This document shows positions 8,990-18,623 of a stretch of DNA of 64,000 nucleotides, piece by piece. Position numbers and translations under genes: made by a program. The notes under the pieces are model-generated. The model saw only the letters and a program-made list of their open reading frames with translations. It ran no database searches and was not told the DNA's origin. Where the stretch lies: positions 1 to 64,000 of IMG/VR virus record IMGVR_UViG_3300035034_000924; one strand, 5' to 3'. The stretch's first letter is position 1. Every line of letters begins with the position of its first letter. The stretch comes from a virus.

Positions 8990-10221
8990 TGACTGTACCC
9001 GGATATAGTTTGGTATCACAGAAGGGCCGCGTAATGCCGCACCTGAGCCCTTTCGGGCGAAACTTCATGCTTGCGGACTTTATGTACAACGATTCTGTTA
9101 TACGCAAAGGTGACGTAAACTTAATGCCACGCGACCCGTCTTCGGGTATGCGCCTTGACATGATAGCTCTTAGCAGCCTTATTAACGCTACCTATGACTA
9201 CCTAGGTAACGTCAGTATCAGCTACGGGTACATAAGCCCCGCGCAGTCAGAGAGACGCGTCAGATGGAAGGACCCTAAAAAGCCCTCCCTGCATCGCTGG
9301 GATAAAGGGGCAGCTGTAGACATATGCTTCCACGACAGCGAAGAGCTATCTAACACGCCTCCAGCCTACATAGCCATGGCACTGTACTCCAAGTTCTCTT
9401 CGGTAACTAGCAGGATGATAACCTACTCAGAGTCGCCTTATGTTTGCATCGCAACGGCGGGGGACCAAAAACTTGCTGAAAGGAACGCCGTGTACTTTAA
9501 CTCTTATGAGGGTGTACATGGAGCCAAACCGGGCCACATAAGACCGACTAAACGAGCGAGACATTCGTTAGCTTCTTGTCACATTAACGCGGATCAGCTT
9601 AGTGATTTGGTAGAAGGTAGCTTGGACATACTGGCAACACAGACTGACGATCTGTCCCTTGAAAAAGTTAAGACCGATATCAAAGAGCACGGCTGGAAAG
9701 GACAAGGCCACCCGTCGTACCACCTCAATGGGGCGAGACAAGTGCAGCACATCAGGCTGGGTCGTAACCTCATGCTCAAAGATATTTTGCCTTGGATACC
9801 TAACATAGTAGACGGTGGAGAAGGCAAGGTCACTAGGTCAAACAGACCGCCTGCTAACCCCACCGCCATATCTAAGATCAAGAAGCTGTCCACCGTCTTG
9901 GACAGGACGTTAACGAACTATTACGAAAGCAAAGAACCGAACCGACCTAGACTGCCTAGAGTATCTATACTCAGTGCGTACAAAGGGTACTGCGGTCCAT
10001 CTATCAGTAGACTGCTGCCGTCGGTCGCGTCTTACCATTCAGAGTATGGTTTCCTGCCTTGGACCCACACAGAAGGGCTGGCAGTACTCGCAGTCCATAA
10101 CACTGGTTACCCAAGTTTGCGCAGCGCGATAGACAGGACCCTCGGATGTACCACACTGGAAGCCAACGAGGAAATGGTTGATACAACTGGCAGGAAGTTC
10201 CTATTAGTGAGGTTTGGCTAA
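8989..10221 (+). CDS. peptidase M15A-like protein with a degenerate second repeat
   Basis: GRNFMLADF...ISYGY.SP...SLH...GAAVDI; second copy GRNLMLKDIL...VSILSAY. Confidence 0.55.
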   Translation: MTVPGYSLVSQKGRVMPHLSPFGRNFMLADFMYNDSVIRKGDVNLMPRDPSSGMRLDMIALSSLINATYDYLGNVSISYGYISPAQSERRVRWKDPKKPSLHRWDKGAAVDICFHDSEELSNTPPAYIAMALYSKFSSVTSRMITYSESPYVCIATAGDQKLAERNAVYFNSYEGVHGAKPGHIRPTKRARHSLASCHINADQLSDLVEGSLDILATQTDDLSLEKVKTDIKEHGWKGQGHPSYHLNGARQVQHIRLGRNLMLKDILPWIPNIVDGGEGKVTRSNRPPANPTAISKIKKLSTVLDRTLTNYYESKEPNRPRLPRVSILSAYKGYCGPSISRLLPSVASYHSEYGFLPWTHTEGLAVLAVHNTGYPSLRSAIDRTLGCTTLEANEEMVDTTGRKFLLVRFG

Positions 10222-10478
10222 TGCAGACTTACGTAGCACTTTGTATCATCGAGCGGGCTAACACACCAGAGGCGCTGGCCCAGATCCGAGTAGAAGCAGA
10301 ATCCATGGATGAGGCCCGACAAACAATCGTACAGCACGAGTGGGACGGGGTGCTAGGCATACAAGGCAAGTACACAATACGGATACCCCAGATAGGGCTG
10401 CTTGAAGATATGCGCACTTTGCGGGCAGAGCCTAAGCCACAGAGAAGGCGTCCAAGAAGGAGAACGAATGTTAATTGA
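10221..10478 (+). CDS. hypothetical protein
   Basis: TAATG coupling; Arg-rich tail. Confidence 0.65.
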   Translation: MQTYVALCIIERANTPEALAQIRVEAESMDEARQTIVQHEWDGVLGIQGKYTIRIPQIGLLEDMRTLRAEPKPQRRRPRRRTNVN

Positions 10479-10848
10479 AAGTTTTCTAGCTGAAGTACCT
10501 AAAGCCAAACCACGTCGCAAACGTTTGCAAAAATACAAACTGAGAAAAGCCAAGACGCCTCAGGAAGGTTACCCGCTAGCTGGAGTAATGGCGTTGGTTG
10601 AGGACCTTGGCCCGCACCGTAAGCCAAAGGTAGGAAAGACCAATGTAAAGTTCGACGAGTCGCTGGTACTCAACGTGGCTTCGATTCTACCGATGGGTTT
10701 GTACAGGGAGAGCCCCGCGATGCTTGTGCTACTGACTCGCTACAACAAAGATTACTCAAGCATAATCGCCTGCTACACTGACCTGACTTTCCCTCATGTG
10801 CTTTGGCGGGAGCCGACAAAAAGGCCGGAGTGGTTATATGGCAGCTAA
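10468..10848 (+). CDS. hypothetical protein
   Basis: Start re-assigned to ATG 10468 (AAGGAG RBS). Confidence 0.6.
   Translation: MLIESFLAEVPKAKPRRKRLQKYKLRKAKTPQEGYPLAGVMALVEDLGPHRKPKVGKTNVKFDESLVLNVASILPMGLYRESPAMLVLLTRYNKDYSSIIACYTDLTFPHVLWREPTKRPEWLYGS
10516..10529. repeat. dispersed palindrome, 1 mismatch
   Basis: CGCAAACGTTTGCA. Confidence 0.8.
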
Positions 10849-11215
10849 CCGATATACTTTCTTCGACAAGAGCAAGCCTATACCTGCGTACGTGGAGAAT
10901 ATGTCTTCTGAGAATCACAGGAGGTATTACCAAACGGTATACGCAGCCCAGCCCGTATGGGCAAACAGGGCAGACATCCGCTCTATCTACAAAAGGGCCA
11001 CAGCGATGCGTGAGAGAGGCTCCAGCGCCGTAGTAGACCATATCGTACCCTTGAAGCATCCTATGGTTTGCGGGCTACATACAGCAGACAACATGCAGAT
11101 AGTCAGTGAGAGTTATAACATGATGAAGAGCAACAAATTCTGGCCGGACATGCCGTATGAACAGGGAGACATGTTTAGTGCGTTTCTAGAAGCGGAGACT
11201 TTCTGTCTTGGGTAG
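10838..11215 (+). CDS. HNH endonuclease
   Basis: VDHIVPL...VCGLH..DN.Q.....N..KSNK; start re-assigned to ATG 10838 (GGAG RBS). Confidence 0.85.
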   Translation: MAANRYTFFDKSKPIPAYVENMSSENHRRYYQTVYAAQPVWANRADIRSIYKRATAMRERGSSAVVDHIVPLKHPMVCGLHTADNMQIVSESYNMMKSNKFWPDMPYEQGDMFSAFLEAETFCLG

Positions 11216-11594
11216 CGGTGGTAGCAACGCCCCGAGAGAAAGGTGTATATGTAGATATTGTGTACGAAAATACGCTAAGGCGCGGAAACGAAAAGCTCTG
11301 GGAGAGATACAAGATTGGCAGATGCCTCCCAGTGGTAGGTTCACGTTACGCAGGCGGATCAGTAAATACAAAAGGCCGCCTAAGTGCCCGCATTGCGGGA
11401 GCACCAATATTAGGTCTGACGAAGGTAACAGGAGAAAGGAGAAACAGGCCCAAGATCTTTGCTACTGTAACCCAATACCTTTTCCTCACCAGAAAGGTAC
11501 TATACTGGGTTGCATACATCACCCAAAAGAAGAATGGACTGAAGACGATTTTATGCAATACGATAATATGATGCGAACGCCTAGGACAGAGTGA
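11208..11594 (+). CDS. Cys-rich zinc-finger-like protein
   Basis: CICRYC, CPHC and CYC...H..G...C clusters. Confidence 0.6.
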   Translation: MGSGGSNAPRERCICRYCVRKYAKARKRKALGEIQDWQMPPSGRFTLRRRISKYKRPPKCPHCGSTNIRSDEGNRRKEKQAQDLCYCNPIPFPHQKGTILGCIHHPKEEWTEDDFMQYDNMMRTPRTE

Positions 11595-11848
11595 TGACCG
11601 TAACTGTGCGAACTAAGCCGACTAGCTTAGACCAGAAAAGGAAGTGGTTGATCGAGCAAGTCGAGGAGACTGACGAAATAAAACGCCAGCTTAAAGAGAA
11701 AAGAGACTTATTCAGTGACGCTAAAACGTGTGCGATGATAGCCAAAAGAATTGAAGCCTATACCGAGAAGCGTAAGGCCCTGACCAGACAACTACATCGG
11801 ATTAAAAAGATGATAGCATCCCGCAATAAAGAAAAATCGGGTAGATGA
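11591..11848 (+). CDS. hypothetical coiled-coil protein
   Basis: AGGA RBS; overlap with the previous stop. Confidence 0.6.
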   Translation: MMTVTVRTKPTSLDQKRKWLIEQVEETDEIKRQLKEKRDLFSDAKTCAMIAKRIEAYTEKRKALTRQLHRIKKMIASRNKEKSGR

Positions 11849-11849
11849 C

Positions 11850-12074
11850 ATGGCCAGAAAAAAGAGAACCAACCCGCTATCTGATGCAGTCGAGGTAGCG
11901 CAGAAGCACAACCTTAAGGCGGGTAAGTACCAAGGCGAGACATACGTTAAGGGCGCACTGATGGTCCTGCTATCGAATGAACACGACCAAGTATCGGACG
12001 CTTTACAGCTATGGAAAGACAAGTACGCAGATAAAGCGCCTATAAGAAAACGCCGGAGCCGAAAGCGAAAATAA
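11850..12074 (+). CDS. hypothetical basic protein
   Basis: ORF with Arg/Lys-rich termini. Confidence 0.6.
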   Translation: MARKKRTNPLSDAVEVAQKHNLKAGKYQGETYVKGALMVLLSNEHDQVSDALQLWKDKYADKAPIRKRRSRKRK

Positions 12075-12092
12075 ATCTGGCTTAAGGTTCCA

Positions 12093-12108
12093 TTGCAAAC
12101 GTCTGCAA
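12093..12108. repeat. dispersed palindrome, 1 mismatch, intergenic
   Basis: TTGCAAACGTCTGCAA. Confidence 0.85.
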
Positions 12109-12154
12109 TTCTGGATAGACTGCCTGCCATTACTTAAGCAAGGGTAGTGCAGCT

Positions 12155-12532
12155 ATGTCGGAAATTTACCCGACCTACATCGTAGAGGTTAAGCAGGTAA
12201 TATCTGGTGATGACATCCTAGTCATGGCCGAACTCTCCCCTGATGACATATACAAGAAAGTCCGTTGCCGCCTAGAAGGGGTTGACACTCCTGACGGCTA
12301 TCGACAAGACAAAGACTCCCCTGCAGGTAAGGTAAGAGAGCTGGTAAGAAAACTGGTGAAGAACCAGAAATGTTCTGTTATCGTTAAAAACCAAAGTCGC
12401 AAAGATTGGATCGTGGAAATGTTTATCCATGACGGCGACAAAAAACTGAACCTCAACGCCTACCTTATTAGCGAAGGCTACGTTTACTCGCAGGATAACT
12501 CTGATGTCCAGAAAGCCAAGACAACGACCTAG
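12155..12532 (+). CDS. thermonuclease (SNase)-like protein
   Basis: V..VISGDDI...RLEGVDTP...LN..LISEGY; several catalytic residues look divergent. Confidence 0.65.
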   Translation: MSEIYPTYIVEVKQVISGDDILVMAELSPDDIYKKVRCRLEGVDTPDGYRQDKDSPAGKVRELVRKLVKNQKCSVIVKNQSRKDWIVEMFIHDGDKKLNLNAYLISEGYVYSQDNSDVQKAKTTT

Positions 12533-14159
12533 CAGCGGATCAAGATCAGGTGGGGGTTCTGACTCTCGATGGTCTCAGTCCAAAGTCTCAGGCGCAGTGA
12601 TACGCAGGTCTTCGGAAAGTAAGATCAACAAGCTAAACCGTGCTGACGAATCTAGGCAGCAAAACTTAGATGACGGTAACGTCCAGCTGAACGGCAAAGA
12701 AGTCGAGATGAAGCACCCTATCGGGGTGGGTACGCTTGATCGGCTTTTTAAGATGTCCAATACTCTGGGCCAGTGCGTCAACGCCTACGTAGTCAACATA
12801 ACTGGTTTTGGGCACAGGATCGTTGCAGCAGATAAAGACTTCCCAGCAGATCCCGTGGAAAAGCAAACACTGAAGAGCTGGCTTAAGCACTTCAACACCG
12901 ATAGATCCTTTGCTGAAGAGAACAGGTCTCAGGTATTCGAATACGAGAAGTATGGCGGGCGGTATATGGAAATCGTTCGGGGCAAGAACAAAAAACCAAC
13001 ACTGGCAAGACATACCCCCTACCTGACCGTAAAGCAGCAATCCAAACAGAAGAAAGCCATCACGGTCGAGAGAACGATTGATCGTGGGGGTAATCGCGTC
13101 CTAGTCAAAGAGAAGAAGCGTTTCAGGCGTTACATCCAGAGGATAGGCGGGACTACCACTTACTTCAAAGAGTTCGGTGACCCGCGTGACATGGACTACA
13201 GAACCGGACGATACGCCACGAGAGATAAGAAAGTACCCGTTGGCTTTCATGCGACCGAACTGCTTTTCAAGAAGCAGGAGTCCGAAAGCATCTACGGAGA
13301 GCCTCGCTGGTATCCTATGGCTCCAGTTATTCTGGGCATCCGAGAATCGGAAGAAGTTAATCTGCGGTTCTTCGAAGACAACACTGTACCGAATGCGTTC
13401 ATCACAATTTCAGGCGGCAGGTTGACGGAAGAGTCTTTCCGTGACATTCGAGAGCTGGTAGAGAGCAGCAACAACAAGCACAACGCTATCACCTTGATCG
13501 AGGCCATATCTGAATCTGGTGGTCTGGACGACAAGAGCGGGACAGTACAGATCAACGTAGAGAAGATGACCAGTGAGCGACAGAGCGACGGCTTATTCGC
13601 TGAGTATGATGAAGCAGGCCAATCAAAGATTCAGTCAGTGTTCCGCTTACCGGGCGTAGTGCTGGGCAAATCTCAAGACGCTACCTTTGCCACTGCAAAC
13701 ATTGCTGCGTTCGTGGCAGAGATGCAGGTGTTCTCCCCTGAGCGGGCAAGCCACGACGATTGGTTGAACAACTCTTTTGTGAACCACGAGATGGGCCTTA
13801 ACCTGAAGACTGTCAAGATTGAATCTCGCGGGCCTTCGCTTACCGCACCACAGGACATCGTCAAGGCACTGACTGCAGGTAACGTAATGGGCGCAGTAAC
13901 GCCAAGGACAGCAGTTGAGTTATTGAATGAGCAGCTGATGGTCGGATTAGAGCCGTACCCAGAGGAAAATGAAGACGGCTACTTGCCATGGATGGACCAG
14001 CCACTTGCGCTATCTCTGAGGCTTGCAGGTATGACTGATGACAAGGATAACGATATCGACAGAACTTCTGTTGAGTCCGAAATCTCTGATTCAGAGTCTG
14101 ATGAAAGGGACACGGAAGAGGGTAATAACGTGACTTCATTGGATAACCGTCGCGGGTAA
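12504..14159 (+). CDS. portal protein
   Basis: G..YMEIVR, YFKEFGDPR, YGEPRW, N.RFF.DNTVP, I.SVFRLP..LG motifs; directly upstream of head genes. Confidence 0.9.
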   Translation: MSRKPRQRPSSGSRSGGGSDSRWSQSKVSGAVIRRSSESKINKLNRADESRQQNLDDGNVQLNGKEVEMKHPIGVGTLDRLFKMSNTLGQCVNAYVVNITGFGHRIVAADKDFPADPVEKQTLKSWLKHFNTDRSFAEENRSQVFEYEKYGGRYMEIVRGKNKKPTLARHTPYLTVKQQSKQKKAITVERTIDRGGNRVLVKEKKRFRRYIQRIGGTTTYFKEFGDPRDMDYRTGRYATRDKKVPVGFHATELLFKKQESESIYGEPRWYPMAPVILGIRESEEVNLRFFEDNTVPNAFITISGGRLTEESFRDIRELVESSNNKHNAITLIEAISESGGLDDKSGTVQINVEKMTSERQSDGLFAEYDEAGQSKIQSVFRLPGVVLGKSQDATFATANIAAFVAEMQVFSPERASHDDWLNNSFVNHEMGLNLKTVKIESRGPSLTAPQDIVKALTAGNVMGAVTPRTAVELLNEQLMVGLEPYPEENEDGYLPWMDQPLALSLRLAGMTDDKDNDIDRTSVESEISDSESDERDTEEGNNVTSLDNRRG

Positions 14160-14173
14160 CTTCAGAAAAACTG

Positions 14174-14201
14174 TTGCTTACCCTGAGTGACCTGATATAA
14201 G
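14174..14201 (+). promoter_or_regulatory. putative promoter for head genes
   Basis: TTGCTT-16 nt-TATAAG with extended -10 TG; a palindrome copy lies between it and ATG 14234. Confidence 0.45.
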
Positions 14202-14217
14202 ATTCGAAAATATTCGA

Positions 14218-14231
14218 TGCAAACGTTTGCA
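14218..14231. repeat. dispersed palindrome, exact, just before the protease start
   Basis: TGCAAACGTTTGCA. Confidence 0.9.
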
Positions 14232-14233
14232 AG

Positions 14234-14833
14234 ATGATTAAATTTAGGCCAGAAAATGGAGAAGAAAGGCTGGCCTTTGGCGAGGTGTTGAGACCGGATG
14301 TGCCTAACGTGTACAACGACTTCCACACCAAAGAGAACATTCGCCAGTTTGCATACGGGTTTATGATTAACGGTTTCGGGATTGATCGAGACCACGACAA
14401 CATTGATATCAGCTCTGGGATAAGGATAGTAGAGAGCTTCATTGCTCAACCCAATGACCCTAGAGGATTTGTTGACGGTTCGTGGGTAGTAGGTATTTAC
14501 GTCATTGACGATACGGTCTGGCAGGACATAGTCAGTGGCGAGTTAACTGGGTTCTCTTACGAGGCCTTAGTTACGACCTTCGGTGTACTAGTAAACGTGG
14601 AAGACAATCGGCAGGTAGTAGGGCAAACGTTCCCTGACCCTGATGACGGACACGTACACGATTTTTGGGCGGTTACTGACGCGGAGGGGCGGGTAATTAC
14701 CGGAGGCACTACTAGCGTGAACCAGCATAGTCACAGTATATCGGCAACCACCTACACAGAGAGGGATAGTGCCGATTCTCACCGACATAGATACAGCCTT
14801 ATGAATTCTGGAGAAGCTAATGCGCAAGCGTAG
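14234..14833 (+). CDS. XkdF-like (peptidase S78_2) prohead protease domain with His-rich C-terminal repeats
   Basis: GEVL.PD, ID.DHD, IVESFIA, GSWVVG, W..I.SGELTGFS; C-terminal HVH/HSH/HRH. Confidence 0.8.
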   Translation: MIKFRPENGEERLAFGEVLRPDVPNVYNDFHTKENIRQFAYGFMINGFGIDRDHDNIDISSGIRIVESFIAQPNDPRGFVDGSWVVGIYVIDDTVWQDIVSGELTGFSYEALVTTFGVLVNVEDNRQVVGQTFPDPDDGHVHDFWAVTDAEGRVITGGTTSVNQHSHSISATTYTERDSADSHRHRYSLMNSGEANAQA

Positions 14834-16403
14834 ACAACGAATCAAGAGAGATGCCGAACAGGTATCCAGAGAAGTCAACCTGATCGAGCTGGAGGAAGCG
14901 AACTTCCTTTCTATCGTTAAACGTCCTGCGAACAGAATCCCATTCCAGATCGTTCGTAATGAGGGCGGCAAGGTCCAACGAACTAGACGAGATAGCGCAC
15001 TGCTGTCTATTCGCCTACCGGACGAAACCAGTGACGAAGATGCTGCAGCCATCATGCGGGCATACGGTCTGACCGAAGAAGAGTACGAGGTTTCGCGGGA
15101 AGAAGACCAAGCATGGCTAAAGCGTAAGCAGCGTGATGCCGACTCAGAAGACCCCATGATTATTCAACTTGCCAACGGCATGGAAGCAGAGATTGATAAG
15201 GCTGCCGTGACCCGAAGTATCGTCCGCAGCGACGATCAGCCTTCGCTTTCAGTTATCAAAATCAATCTGGGCAAGGTGACCCGTAGCGAAGCAGAAACAT
15301 GGCTGAAGGAAAAGGATATTGCCTTCAACAAAGAAGACCTGTTTGCTGTTGCAGGGGAGCAGATGCTGGTACGTCATGATTCCCCAGAAGACATTGATAC
15401 CGTTACCGTAGATCTTGGTGAGGGCAAAACGGCTGTTGCCGCACACACTCAGCGTGATGATATCCCGCACAAGATCTATCGAATGGTTATCGAGCAAGCC
15501 TATGGCCGAAGCGGCTGGGGCCACATCGACTTCTTTCAGGCCATGCTAGACGAGCAGTTTACTGCCGACGCCCGTAGCGCAAACCATTGGCTTTGGGAAG
15601 TATTAGACAACATCCTATTCTACAGTGATCTTCCACTGTCAGATCGTCAGTCACTCATTGAGAATGCGCTTGGCGAGTACAACGCGTGGATTACTGCACT
15701 CATGCAGTCTCTTCCTCGTGAAATTATGTCCACAAATACTGTTGACCTAAACAGCCAAGGCGGGGATGATACGTCCGTGGCTGCTTCTGATTCTGGTAGT
15801 ACTACAGAAGATGATGGTCAGGAAGAAACAGTTCGAGAGGACGAAACTGAAACACCAACTGAAACTATGGAGACTGCTGAGATGAAACAGAAGCAAGAAT
15901 CCGGTGCCGTTAGCGAAGAAGCCAAGCGAGACGATGAAGTCGTTACGACTACTGAAGACGAGCAAAAGGCGGGTGCAGAATCTGAGCAGGAGCAGGCTCC
16001 TGTAAAGACTGAGCGCGAAGACGCAGCCACCGAAGAAACGAAAACCGATGATGAGAAAATTTCTCTGAGTCGATCCGAACTATCTGAAATCGTATCCAAT
16101 GCTGTAACAAATGCTTTGGGTTCGGTCGAAGAAAAACAGCGGCAGGAAGAAGAGCTATCTGATCCTACGTTGAAAGCACTTGGCAAGGTCGCAGACGCGG
16201 TCGAAGGTCTAGCCAAGCGAATGGACTCTATCGAAGCTGCTGGCTCCGAAACGGTTGTACGCTCTGATGCCGATGACGATGGTGAGGCAGAAGGCGAAGA
16301 AGAAGACGAAGACAATGCGCGAAACGAGGCTGACCCTTTCCGGGGTTCATTCCTACGTGCAGACGTACTGAAACGCTTCGAAGGTGTAGCAAAGGGCAAG
16401 TAA
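14820..16403 (+). CDS. scaffold protein with N-terminal protease segment
   Basis: N-terminal L.E...LSIVKRPAN..PF; long acidic low-complexity C-terminus; directly before the capsid gene. Confidence 0.7.
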   Translation: MRKRRQRIKRDAEQVSREVNLIELEEANFLSIVKRPANRIPFQIVRNEGGKVQRTRRDSALLSIRLPDETSDEDAAAIMRAYGLTEEEYEVSREEDQAWLKRKQRDADSEDPMIIQLANGMEAEIDKAAVTRSIVRSDDQPSLSVIKINLGKVTRSEAETWLKEKDIAFNKEDLFAVAGEQMLVRHDSPEDIDTVTVDLGEGKTAVAAHTQRDDIPHKIYRMVIEQAYGRSGWGHIDFFQAMLDEQFTADARSANHWLWEVLDNILFYSDLPLSDRQSLIENALGEYNAWITALMQSLPREIMSTNTVDLNSQGGDDTSVAASDSGSTTEDDGQEETVREDETETPTETMETAEMKQKQESGAVSEEAKRDDEVVTTTEDEQKAGAESEQEQAPVKTEREDAATEETKTDDEKISLSRSELSEIVSNAVTNALGSVEEKQRQEEELSDPTLKALGKVADAVEGLAKRMDSIEAAGSETVVRSDADDDGEAEGEEEDEDNARNEADPFRGSFLRADVLKRFEGVAKGK

Positions 16404-16461
16404 GCCCGTCCGACTGTAAGGTCGAAACTTTTTACAATTCATAACCCAATAGGAGTTAGCA

Positions 16462-17409
16462 ATGTCTAACAAACGTGTAAAGGAAGTCCTAGCACGAGCC
16501 GATATTGGTGTTGGAGACCTTCTGTCCGATGGGGGGCTTCTCCAAGCTGAGCAGGCTGAGCGATTGATCGACGAGGTGGAAGAACAACCCACCATGATTA
16601 ACCGTGTGCGTACCGTTCGAATGAACTCGCATACGTTGAAGATCGACAAAGTCGGTTTTGATTCACGTATCATGAAGGCAGCCCCTCAAGGCACGTCTCC
16701 ATATGCTGATGATGACGGCACCAATGACCGCCACCTTGCTGCGGCAAGCCGTTCCAAAGTTACTACTCGTCAGATCGAGCTGGTAACCAAGGAAGTAATG
16801 GCGGAAATCCACATCCCTTACGACGTGCTTGAAGACAACCTCGAACGAGGCAACTTCGAGTCCCACGTATTGACTCTGATGGCTCGTCGAGCTGCTCAGG
16901 ATCTGGAAGAGTGGATTATCAGCGCAGACGACGCATCTTTGGATTCGTATCTGGCACTGACCAACGGCGTCATGAAATTAGCCACGTCTAACGTGGTTGA
17001 CAACCTGTCTGCTGGTTTGTCACCGGATACTTTCCGTGATGCCATGCTTGCAATGCCACAGCGTTACCTGCGTATGCAGGGTCAAATGGCTCACTTCACC
17101 ACAGTTCAGGATGAAATCCGTTACCGCAGCAATGTGGCACAGCGGGCTACTGGCTTCGGTGACTCTGCATTGACAGGCGCATCGCCTATCTTTGCTCATG
17201 GTGTGCCTGTAACGCCTACTCCATTCATGATTGCCGATCAGGCGCTTTTCACTATGCCTGAGAACATCGTGTTTGGTATCCAGCGTGATATCCTCGTCGA
17301 AACTGAAAAAGATATCCGGGCTCGTGCTCTGGTTATCGTCATGTCTACTCGCGTAGACGTGCAGGTCGAAGACGAAGAAGCACTGGTGAAGATCACCAAC
17401 ATCAACTAA
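16462..17409 (+). CDS. major capsid protein (HK97 fold)
   Basis: GG.L..EQAERLID, I.YDVLEDNLE, P.NIVFGIQRDI.VE; AGGAG RBS; terminator follows. Confidence 0.9.
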   Translation: MSNKRVKEVLARADIGVGDLLSDGGLLQAEQAERLIDEVEEQPTMINRVRTVRMNSHTLKIDKVGFDSRIMKAAPQGTSPYADDDGTNDRHLAAASRSKVTTRQIELVTKEVMAEIHIPYDVLEDNLERGNFESHVLTLMARRAAQDLEEWIISADDASLDSYLALTNGVMKLATSNVVDNLSAGLSPDTFRDAMLAMPQRYLRMQGQMAHFTTVQDEIRYRSNVAQRATGFGDSALTGASPIFAHGVPVTPTPFMIADQALFTMPENIVFGIQRDILVETEKDIRARALVIVMSTRVDVQVEDEEALVKITNIN

Positions 17410-17425
17410 GGTGTTGTGAAGTAAC

Positions 17426-17455
17426 GGTAGGGGGCTTCGGCCCCCAACCTATTTT
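17426..17455 (+). terminator. intrinsic terminator
   Basis: GGGGGC-TTCG-GCCCCC stem followed by TATTTT. Confidence 0.8.
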
Positions 17456-17481
17456 GGAATGGTGTAAACGAGGAAAGTAAT

Positions 17482-17952
17482 ATGAGCGAACTACCCGGAA
17501 AAAGAAAGATTGCGCAAGGCTGGATCGACGATGGCGAAGAGCTGGACATCGAACTGCCTACAGAAGATAGTTACTTGGTGTTGCAAGGCGCGAATACATA
17601 CGTGTCACGTTTCATCAACGGCGGAGAGCCTGTTAAGCGCGGGCAGACAATTTTCGTCACAGTAACTACAGCAGGGCTGCTTCTGACCACTGAAGTACGT
17701 AACCCTAAGAATAACCTACGCTCTACGATGTTTCGTATGGCGACCGACGAAGAGCGTGATGCCTACCTTGCTGAGCGGGATACAAGTAACCCGAGAACTG
17801 CAAGCAGGGAAGCAATGTCACGTAAAGCGCGGGAAGAGCAGATCGACGCTGGACATGCCAGTTACGATGCCGAGAAGGTGCATGCAGAGGAAGACGCACT
17901 TAAGTCTACCCGCTCACCACGACGTAGACGTTCAAAGAACCAAGGTGACTAA
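17482..17952 (+). CDS. hypothetical virion-region protein
   Basis: GAGG RBS; between capsid and connector genes. Confidence 0.7.
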   Translation: MSELPGKRKIAQGWIDDGEELDIELPTEDSYLVLQGANTYVSRFINGGEPVKRGQTIFVTVTTAGLLLTTEVRNPKNNLRSTMFRMATDEERDAYLAERDTSNPRTASREAMSRKAREEQIDAGHASYDAEKVHAEEDALKSTRSPRRRRSKNQGD

Positions 17953-17957
17953 GCAAA

Positions 17958-18623
17958 ATGTTGCTAGCTAGCAAAGACGAAGTACTGGCCCGAATGGGTT
18001 TGACGGAAAGGACGGGGACGGAGTCCTCTGTTCAATCCGCACTTTACGGTGCGACGTCTGCGCTAGAGAATGTGATTCGTACTCAACTCAACCGTCAGGA
18101 GCGTATTGATTACTTCGGTAACGTTCGCAACCAAAGATCGGCCAGAGGTGAGTACGAATTTTTGCTTTTATTGGAGAATGGATTTTTAGACCCAGAAGAA
18201 AGGGTCAGAGTCTATGTGTCCAATGACGGCAATCCAATACTGCGGGTAACAGACACCAACTCCACCCTAGCAGACCCTGATGGGATCGACATCGACTATG
18301 ATAGAGGTAAGGTAACCATTGGTAACGATGTGTCCCTTTACTCTCCTAGCAAGAGGCGCTGTATAGCCGTGAGGTACGTATCGGGCTATGAAGTCAGTGA
18401 CGCATCAGATCCTTTTGCCGTAGCTACAGGAGTACCTGATAAGATCAAGAATGCTGCTATTGCTTTAGCTATCGGAGTACTGCGCTCCAGCAACGCGCCG
18501 ATACCAAAGACCAACCAAGCCCAACAGATGCAAGCGCTCTCTTCTGAAGCACGACGCTACGCAGCCAACCTTATACGTACAAAGCCCCGAGGCGATTTTA
18601 CAGAAGCCACGGAGATACTCTAA
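17958..18623 (+). CDS. head-tail connector/adaptor
   Basis: A...LE..IRT, VRYVSGY, VPD.IK.AAI pattern and position. Confidence 0.7.
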   Translation: MLLASKDEVLARMGLTERTGTESSVQSALYGATSALENVIRTQLNRQERIDYFGNVRNQRSARGEYEFLLLLENGFLDPEERVRVYVSNDGNPILRVTDTNSTLADPDGIDIDYDRGKVTIGNDVSLYSPSKRRCIAVRYVSGYEVSDASDPFAVATGVPDKIKNAAIALAIGVLRSSNAPIPKTNQAQQMQALSSEARRYAANLIRTKPRGDFTEATEIL

